From NCBI GenBank assembly GCA_964016885.1, contig OZ024764.1, positions 4,836,001 to 4,900,000 on the forward strand: DNA of 64,000 nt, in the 5' to 3' direction. A program made the translations under genes and the position numbers. Source of the DNA: Eledone cirrhosa (lineage: Eukaryota). Below, piece after piece: positions 54,715 through 64,000 of this stretch. Under the pieces are notes generated by a model. It worked only from the letters and a program-made list of their open reading frames with translations. It was not told where the DNA came from and did no database searches. Position 1 is the stretch's first letter. Every line of letters starts with the position of its first letter.

Positions 54715-54986
54715 TTTAATATTAACAAATGAAAAATATTCTCATAATCAAAATATATACTTTATTATATACATTTCAAAGGTATATGACATACCTCTAC
54801 GGTCTTGATTCTTCAATTCCAGTATTGCAGTCACTGCCAATACTGGAATTGAAGAATCAAGACGGTAGCGCTATGTCATAATCATATATTTTGTCTGATG
54901 AGGACGTACTGAAAAAACAACAATATATATAATATAGTATATATTTTGATTATGCGAATATTTTTCATTTGTTAACATTTTGAATA

Positions 54987-54990
<4 letters not shown>
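54715..54990. repeat. Imperfect palindrome (Penelope-like terminus) containing CTGATGAG..GAAA at about 54895-54915
   Basis: TATGACATA..TCTTGATTCTTCAATTCCAGTATTG / CAATACTGGAATTGAAGAATCAAGA..TATGTCATA plus outer AT-rich arms. Confidence 0.75.
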
Positions 54991-55056
<66 letters not shown>

Positions 55057-55122
55057 AGGTAAAATTAATAATGAAAGAGTTGCAAGCCTTTAAAACATAT
55101 CTTTATAAAGCTCTTACATATG

Positions 55123-55165
<43 letters not shown>

Positions 55166-55999
55166 TATATATATATATATATATATATCATCATTATCAT
55201 TTTATGTCCGCTTTTCCCTGCTTGGAAGGGTTGGGCTCTCACCACCACTGGCCATGTTTTTCGTGGTCTTCCTTTTACTGGGATTTTTTAGCACCTCTTT
55301 ACCCAACGGTCATCCTCGATGCGCATCACTTGTCCATACCATCTGTGTTCTCTCCTGCACACCACAACTTATCCCCAGTTTCTCTCTCAACTCATCTATG
55401 GTCTTGTCGTTCACGCACATTGACACACACACACACACACATATATATATTAATTCTATTGACTGATTAATAGCTCTTGTTAATTTTAAAACCATTCTGT
55501 TGAGAGCTTAATTCGTTTTGTGATATTCTGCAATTTTGCAATAACACACATACTGAATGCATCCGCCAAAACTAAGGGTTGCCCCCCCTCCCCCCCCTGT
55601 GAAGCCCCACGTGGGTTTTGATAACGGTCAGTCCTTGGCTTAGCACTGAACTAAAAGCCTGTTGAGAAAGTGACTTCCTTGTTCGATCATCATACCAAAA
55701 GCTTAACATTATTTGTCTAAGTAGACAGTACTTGATTTAGGAGTTGCAGAAACCCAATACTGGATATTACCAACCTTCCAGGGGTCCGGGTATAATTTTC
55801 CATCATATTTTATTTGTTTTACTCGAATTACTTGGTCGTGTCAATGGCTGTGCGGATAATTGTTTAACCATCGTCTCAGTGTGTTTGGCCTTTTAACTTA
55901 TGTTGTTGCTCTAGTTCACTAGCTTCTATGGAGCGCTTGCCACACATCTCGGAAGTTGTTTTTCGTTAATTTCCAATAGCAGAAATGCAATTCTCGCTA

Positions 56000-56037
<38 letters not shown>

Positions 56038-56878
56038 GTATAAGGGATAACAAAATATCATTATAGGTAATCCAGGTAGAAGTTGTGAATACTCTGTATT
56101 GTGGTTAGTCTTAGTCTACGGCGTTGTTTGACTCAACAAGAGGTTTCCGTAGGTGGCAAGTATTTGAGTTCTCTTGAATTTCTATGTAAGTTTATCTTGG
56201 AGTAATAATATTGAAAGCGTGAAGAATAACATGGTCAACAGTACAAAAGAAGGTTTTTATTTACAGTATTAACAATTGTTTCACTGATTAAGTTGTCTAA
56301 AAATCGCTGAAAACTTAAAGCTGTGCCACTCAATCTACTATATATATTGGAAGTGGTCGGACGTTGTATATTTAAGTAAATAAGTAGGTGTAGTCGGATA
56401 AACGTCGAAACGGCTTGGTAGAATGCAGCGAAAATTTACACAGTTATGCAGAATTGTAGCAGTTAATGATGATATATATGTAAAAGAAATAGGATTTCGC
56501 TTCAAGCATATCTTTATACAATATGTATAAATATTTTGTATCTCCAAAGAAATACGGTTTTAGGAAGCCTTAGCTCTGCAAACCCTGGGGGGCTAACGTC
56601 CTCTGGTGATGTCCAGCAGAAGCAAGGGGGACAACCGTCTATGCATTTCAGGCTTAACTGACCATCGTCTGGACAGTCCCTCCCACTGCTTGCGACTGCT
56701 GGCCAGTTAAGCATGAAATGCATAGACGGTTGTCCCCCTTGCTTCTGCTGGACATCACCAGAGGCCTTGAAACCCTAAGTCCCTTTTGCTCTGTGTATGA
56801 ACAGAAATAAATAATGTAATATATATATATGTATGTGTGTATCTATTTATATATTTAACTATATTTTTCTCATTACAG

Positions 56879-56911
56879 CACCAAACCATCTACCAAGTAC
56901 GAGAATATTAT
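56879..56911 (+). CDS. Micro-exon 5 (33 nt, phase 2-2): TKPSTKYENI
   Basis: TTTTTCTCATTACAG|...|GTAAGT; paralog of 35418-35450. Confidence 0.75.
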
Positions 56912-58691
56912 GTAAGTGTTACCTTAACAAACTGTCTAACCATTGTTTAATCTGCTCCTTCCTCTACCTCTCCCTTTATACACACACACACATATATACC
57001 CCTATATATATATGTATACACACACACACACAAATATATACACATATATACATATATATATACACACATATATATACATATATACAAGCGAGACACGGCC
57101 TGCTGACCAATCTCGTCTTAAGTGGGACAAAACCGTCCAACCCATGCTAGCATGGAAGATGGACTTTAAATGATGATGATATATATACACTGACACATAT
57201 ATATACATATATACAAATATATATACGCATATATCTATATATATATATATGAGTTCAAGTCCGCCGAGGTGAACTTTGCCTTTCATCTTTACGAGGTCGA
57301 TAAAATAAAGTACCAGTGGTGCACTGGGGTAATCGCTGGCCTTGTGCCAAAAGTAGAAACTATATTTATATATATAAAACCAAAGATTAATATGGTTCGT
57401 TGATTACTCAACGAATACAGTTTTACAATAGATTAGAAGCACTCAACAGTGAAATTTTCCTGGAGTTTTTAATATTATTCAAAATATTAACAAATGAAAA
57501 ATATTCTCATAATCAAAATATATACTTTATTATATACATTTCAAAGGTATATGACATACCTCTACGGTCTTGATTATTCAATTCCACTATTGGCAGTGAC
57601 TATATATTTATAGGCAAAATGAATAATGAAAGAGTTGCAAGCCGTTAAAACATATCTTTATAAAGCTCTTACATATGTTATATATATATATATCATCATC
57701 ATCAGCAGCGAGACCTGGGCACTGTGTGTAGAAGATCTGTAAAGATTGGAAAGAAATGAGCCTCCATGCTTCAATGGATGTGCCATAGTAATATATGCAA
57801 ATGGCAAAACATAAATGTACTGTGAGAGGATTTAGGCATAAGAGGGATTAGATGCAGTGTGCAGGAGTGGGATTGTTTTGGTATAGACATGTGATGTGTA
57901 TGAAGGGTGACAGCTGTATAAAAAGGTGCCAAACGCACAAGGGTGACAGAGGCCGTGGAGTGGGCAGGTCTAGGAAGACTTGGGATGAGGTAAGGAAAGC
58001 TGATTTTGCACAATTACACCTAGCTAAGGCAATGACACAGGATGGTGACCTCTGGCGCTATGCACAATTATAGAGGACTACATCCACAATCCACCAGACA
58101 TTTTCCCTACCAACACCCCACACAAGTTCCCAAACCTCACCATAAAGTGGTCCCGCTGCAGCCATGACAAACGTGTCCAGTCCACACTGTACAGTGGTCT
58201 TGTAGGTGTCTTGCCAAAAATCAATATTGGGCCTTAAAACCTTGAGTCCCTTTTGTTCTGTGTATGAACATAAATAATTGTTTCTACTTTTGGCACAAGG
58301 CCAGCAATTATCCAGTGCATTACTGGTACTTTATTTTATCGACCCCGTAAGGATGAAAGGCAAAGTTAACCTCGGCGGGATTTGAACTCAGATCATACAG
58401 GGAGGTAACTATGCTTCAAAGCAAGGCGTCCGACTCTCTACCGATACTGCCAATCCACCGCCTGAACATAAATAAATAATTGGTTCTACTTTAGGCACAA
58501 GGCCAGCAATTACCTAGTACATTACTGGTACTTTATTTTATCGACTCCGTAAGGATGAAAGGCAAAGTCAACCTCGGAGGGATTTGAACTCAGATCGGAA
58601 AGGGACGTAACTAAATAAATAATGTAGTATATATATATGTATTTGTGTGTGTATCTATTTATATATTTAAGTATATTTTTTGTAATCACAG

Positions 58692-58733
58692 GACTGATAC
58701 AGAGGAGGGTACCGCTCCAGAAAATAATGACGA
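58692..58733 (+). CDS. Micro-exon 6 (42 nt, phase 2-2): TDTEEGTAPENND
   Basis: TTTTTTGTAATCACAG|...|GTAAGT; paralog of 40344-40385. Confidence 0.78.
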
Positions 58734-59047
58734 GTAAGTTTTACATACTATCTAACCATTATTCTATCTGTTCCTTCCCGTCTCTCTCTCTCTTTATATA
58801 TATATATATATATATAGTAAGGTGTATTACTGGCTGTGTAAAACGGTCCAATAAATTTTTGTTAGCAATATTAAGTCTCCACGCTTTTGTATATCTCCAA
58901 TTCCATTTAAGGGAACAGCTAGATGATGTAAAACGGAGTATTTCTATCAAAATGAAAATCCGAAGGCAAGGTAAAATTTCCAATCATTTTAATCACATCG
59001 TGATTAAAATGATTGGAAATCTTACCTTCCTTTGGATTTTCATTTTG

Positions 59048-59079
<32 letters not shown>

Positions 59080-62000
59080 GACTCTGTCTCTTATAAACCA
59101 CGTTGGCTATTATGACACTCTCTCCAACATAGAGAGCTATGTTGGCTAATATGACTATCTCTCTCTATGTTGGCTATTATGACTCTCTCTCTCTCTCCCT
59201 CCCTCTCTATGTTGGCTAATATGACTCTCTCTCTCCCTCTCTATGTTGGCTATTATGACTCTCTCTCTCTCTATGTTGGCTATAATGACTCTCTCTCTCT
59301 CTCTATGTTGGCTATAATGACTCTCTCTCTCTCTATGTTGGCTATTATGTCTCTCTCTGTTCAAGGTTTATGAAGTTAGATGAACATCTTCAAAGTCCTC
59401 CCATATTCGCCTTGTCTAATATGCGTTCTTGTACCTGATTATTTCCCCCAAATCTCCTGGGAAGTTATAAACCATGATGGCTACCTATCTCACAATTTCT
59501 CTCCTGCCCACCCCCTCATACCACCATAGTCTATTCGACCAATCAAACCTCAGAAACATGTCCCTCACCCATTACCAACCCCAACAAACTCTGCCATTAC
59601 TACTACTTCTACTTTTCTTCTAGCCCTTACCAGCCCCAACAAACCCTGACATTATTACTACTATTGTCCTTCTAGCTATGGGCTGAGGATAAATGGGACT
59701 ACCCCAAATTAATAAATGAATATGAATCCGCGAGTTACCAAGCACCCATGCAAAGCTTTAATTCAGAGACAGGAAGCATACACACCCCACTGCAAAAATT
59801 CACCCTTTCCCACGAGTGGTGGCAAATGCCCAAAACTCCGAGTTGGAACCATCAATGTAAGCACAATGAAAGGAAGAGCAGGAGAAATTGTAGAGATGCT
59901 AGAGCGAAAGAAAATTGATGTATGCTGTGTGCAAGAGACTAGATGGAGAGCAAAGTCCGCTGGAGTCCTTGCAGGCAGAAGTCAGTGCTACCAATTTGTC
60001 TGGGTAGCAAATGACAACAGGATGGGAGGTGTAGCTATCCTATTAGCTGACAAATGGGTAGATAAGGTAATCTCAGTGAACAGGATGAATGCAAGAATAA
60101 TGAAACTTGGACTAGTCCTGAATAAAACAATTGCCACAATAATATCAGCTTACGCACCCCAATTGGGGTTGCCAGCTGACTATAGCGGGGAATTTAGTTT
60201 AGAGGTCGGTGTCCACCAGGGCTCTGTTCTTAGCCCACTCCTGTTCGTTAAAGTATTGCAAGCAATAATGGAGGTGATTATGACCGGATGCCCATGGGAA
60301 CTCCTATATGCGGATCATCTCACACTTATAGCCGAATCTATGGTGGAACTATACTTGCTCAGTATGTAGGAAAGGAGTAGGCTGGCTGCAAAAGGTTTTC
60401 CCCTCAAAATGAAAAGCAGACTGTATGATGTGGGTATACGAATAGCAATGTTACATAGTAGTGAAACCTGGGCGCCGTCTGTGGAAGACTTGCATAGATT
60501 AGAAAGAAACGAAGCCTGCATGCTCCGATGGATGTGTAATAGTAATATACGCAAACGGCAAAGCATAAATGAATTGAGAGAGTGACTGAGCATAAGAGGA
60601 ATGAAATGCTGTGTGCAGGAGAGGATGTTGCATTGGACATGTGATGCGTATGAAGGATGACAGCTGTATAAAAAGGTGTAGAGCAGTAGAAGTCGATGGA
60701 AGCCGTGGAGTGGGGAGACCCAAGAAGAGCTGGGATGAGGTGATAAAAGCCGGACTCACTGTAAATGAGGTTGGTGTTAGGAAGGGCATCCAGCTGTAGG
60801 AATCAAGCCAGAATCAGTTCCTGTATGAGCAAGACAAGGTCAGCTGAACAGACACTGCCCACAACAGGACAACCCGTCTAACCCATGCTTGCGTGGAAGA
60901 ATGGACGTAAAACAGTGATGAAGATGATATATCATATATGCTAGTGTACTATTTGACATTTGGAGCCTAAAAATATCTCTCCAAAACCAGGGGTCGACTT
61001 GTCTGCTGAATATAGTATGTTACCTTTACCACTGAGGGGTAAACAGTGAAACTGCCTGCCTAACACTTGTTGTACACCACTTACCATAACTCTAACAACC
61101 CACCACATTTATTTCTACTGAATCTCATATTTGTTAAGTTTAACGTAGAGATTATAGTAATATCAATGTCTTGCTGTAGCTTATAGGGTAGGTTACCATA
61201 CGGTAGGGTACTGTAGGGTAGGTTACCATAGGGCAGGTTACTGTAGGGTAGGATACTGTCTGGTAGGTTACCATAGGGTAGGTTACTGTAGGGTAGGTTA
61301 CTATAGGGTAGGTTACTGTAGGGTAGGTTACTGTAGTGTAGGTTACTGTAGAGTAGGTTACTATAGGGTAGGTTACTGTAGTGTAGATTACTCTAGGCTA
61401 GGTTACCATAGGGTAGGTTACTGTAGTGTAGATTACCATAGGGTAGGTTACCACAGAGTAGGTGACCATAGGGTATGTTATTATAGGGTAGGTAACTGTA
61501 GGTTAGGTTACTGTAGGGTAGGTTACCTTATGGTAAGTTACTATAGGGTAGGTTACCATAGTGTAGGTTACCTTATGGTAAGTTACCTTATGGTAAGTTA
61601 CTATAGGGTAGGTTACCATAGGGTAGGTTACCTTATGGTAGGTTACCTTATGGTAAGTTACTATAGGGTAGGTTACCATAGTGTAGGTTACCTTATGGTA
61701 AGTTACTATAGGGTAGGTTACCATAGGGTAGGTTACCTTAGTGTAGGTTACCATAAGGTAGGTTACTGTAGGGTAGGTTACCATAGGGTAGGTTACTGTA
61801 GGGTAGGTTACCATAGGGTAGGTTACTGTAGGTAGGTTACCATAGGGTAGTTTACCGTAGGTTAGGTTACTGTAGGGTAGGTTAACATAGGGTATGTTAG
61901 CATAGGGTTGGTTACCATAGGTTAAGTTCATATAGGTTGTTACCATATGGTAGGTTACTGTAGGGTAGGTTGCTATAGGGTAGGTTATCGTAGAGTAGAT

Positions 62001-64000
62001 TACTATAAGCTAGGTTACCATAAGGTAGGTTACCGTAGGGTAGGTTACTATAGGGTAGGGTATCATAGGATAGGTTACCATAAGGCAGGTTACCATAGAG
62101 TAGGTTACCTTAGGGTAGTTTACTATAAGATAGGTTACCATAGTGTAGCTTACCATAGGGTAGGTTGTTACCATAGGCAAGGTTACTATAGGGTGGGTTA
62201 CCATAGGGTAGTTTATGATATGGTTGGTTACCATAGTGTAGGTTACTATAACATAGGTTACCATAGTGTAGGATACCTTAGATTAGGTTACCACAGGATA
62301 GGTTACTGTAGGTTAGGTTACCATATGGTAGGTTACCATAGGTTAGGTTAGCAATGGGTAGGTTACTATAGGTTGTTACCATAAGGTAGGTTACTGTATG
62401 GTGGGTTACCATAGGGTAGGGTACCATAAAGTAGGTTATTATAGTGTAGGTTACCTTAGGATAGGTAACCATAGGGTAGATTACTATGGGGTAAGTTACC
62501 ATAGGGTAGGTTCCCATAGGGTAGGTTAATATAAGCTAGGTTACCTCAGGGTAGGTTACCATACCATAAAGTAGGTTACCATAGGTTTGTTAAGGTTAGG
62601 CTAGGCTGGTCTACTCGGTGAGTTAAAACTCACTTGTGACTGTAGTGTTTTAGAAGTGTCTCAATCTTTCATGCACCACTAAATTTTTTAACTATTTCCC
62701 CTGAAACTGCCTTATTTTTGGGGGTCATCTTATCAATCGAATAGCGTCCTAAATCTAAATTATACTTCAGAATTTTAGGGGCCGACTTATGTACCGGATA
62801 GACTTGTACACCGGCATATATGGTATATATATATATATGCATGGAGGCACATGGCTTAGTGGTTAGAGCATTGGTCATGCAATCGAAAGGTTGTGAGTTC
62901 AATTCTCAGACCGGGTGATGTGTTGGTTCCTTGAGCAAGACACTTTATTTCACATTGCTCCAGTTTACTCAGCTGTAGAAATGAGATGATAGGGACTGGG
63001 GTCCCTATCATTCCACTGCAAAGTGGTCGTGGAGGTGCCACGGCAAAAAAAGCACCCAGCACTCACTGTAAATGAGGTTGGTGACAGGAAGGGAATACAG
63101 CTGTAGAAATCAAGCCAGAATCAGTTCCCGTCCCGCCCTTGCAAGCAGGGAAAAGTGGACGTAAAATGAAATGATGAAAGAGAGATAGAGAGAAAGAGAG
63201 GGAGTGAGAGAGATACATTAAAACAATAACAGAAGGTCTGACTGGAGAATTTACTTTAGAATTCCTTCACGGAAATGTCTTATTTATCTGTAACACAAAC
63301 TTCAAAAAACAAGACAACCACTTAATAATCGATAGATCAAGTGAGCCCTCCAGCTAGATAGATTTCCTTGTTACCAGAAGATAGAGTGACTGTTATAAAC
63401 ACAAAGTCCTTCCCTAGTGAAGAATGCACCTCCCAACATACCTTAGAATACAACCTGGAAGAAAAGAGTATAGATCAAAATCAAAAGGTCTTAAAGTCAA
63501 TTTGGTAAAGACTAAAGTTCTAGTAAGTAGAAAGGAAAACTGGGCCCAGATCTCTTCAGGTAAACTGTCCTGCTCAGTGGGCAGAAAAGGAGTAGGTAGA
63601 AATTCCATCCTATGTCCCATATAGAAATGATGGGTACACAAAAGATGTTGTGGGATCTCAGGAAGGCTAACAAAGAACGTAGCTTCTACATGTGGCCAGT
63701 GAACAGGGGCAGGAAATATCAAGAGCTCTCGAGTTACAATCTCCTTCAAATGCCCAAATGTCTCTGCAGAGGTGGTAGATAGTTTCTGTTACTTAGGTGA
63801 CTAAATCAGCAGTGGAGGAGGGTGGTCCAAAAACTCAGTAACAAGAGTGAGATTAGATTGGAGAAAGTGCAGGGATCTACTACTACTGCTAACTACAAAA
63901 CATTTTTCCATCAAAATGAAGGGCAGACTGTATGATGCAGGTATACAAACAACAATGTTGCACAGCAGCGAGACCTGGGCACTGTGTGTAGAAGATCTGT

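Larger units (their letters stand above)
38950..64000. repeat. Tandem segmental duplication array (units of ~6 kb, higher-order period ~11.8 kb)
   Basis: Near-identical 217-aa pseudo-ORFs at 41560, 47884, 59716 and 111-aa ORFs at 45469, 51539, 63414; block 34990-36780 recurs at 53715-56335 and 56470-57700. Confidence 0.97.

Noticed and set aside
43173-62517. Repeat-protein ORFs (VTYPM / VGYHR)n
   Set aside because: Translations of the 15-bp minisatellite on both strands, with frequent stops and indels and no conserved frame between copies.

Overview
Eukaryotic, AT-rich and almost entirely repetitive DNA. The tRNA-derived SINEs with a Nin-type core, the RTE LINEs with (ATG)n tails and the dense (TA)/(TG) microsatellites resemble a mollusc, probably an octopus-like cephalopod (inference). 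No intact long host ORF is present; every long ORF is transposon- or tandem-repeat-derived. Positions 1-34 kb hold a 5'-inverted RTE LINE, a CR1 LINE, a Buster-type hAT nested in an RTE, a mariner, a maT fragment, Penelope-like remnants with hammerhead ribozyme motifs, and several minisatellites. Positions 35-64 kb are a young tandem segmental duplication array. The key observation is six paralogous plus-strand micro-exons (33, 42, 42, 30, 33, 42 nt) inside that array. Each is bounded by YAG/GTAAGT, is a multiple of 3, and all six are open together only in phase 2. Their sequences have diverged strongly, almost entirely by amino-acid-changing substitutions, while the surrounding intronic and TE sequence is nearly identical. 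This looks like an unannotated micro-exon gene growing by exon duplication under diversifying selection. It was inferred from sequence only; there is no transcript evidence here.
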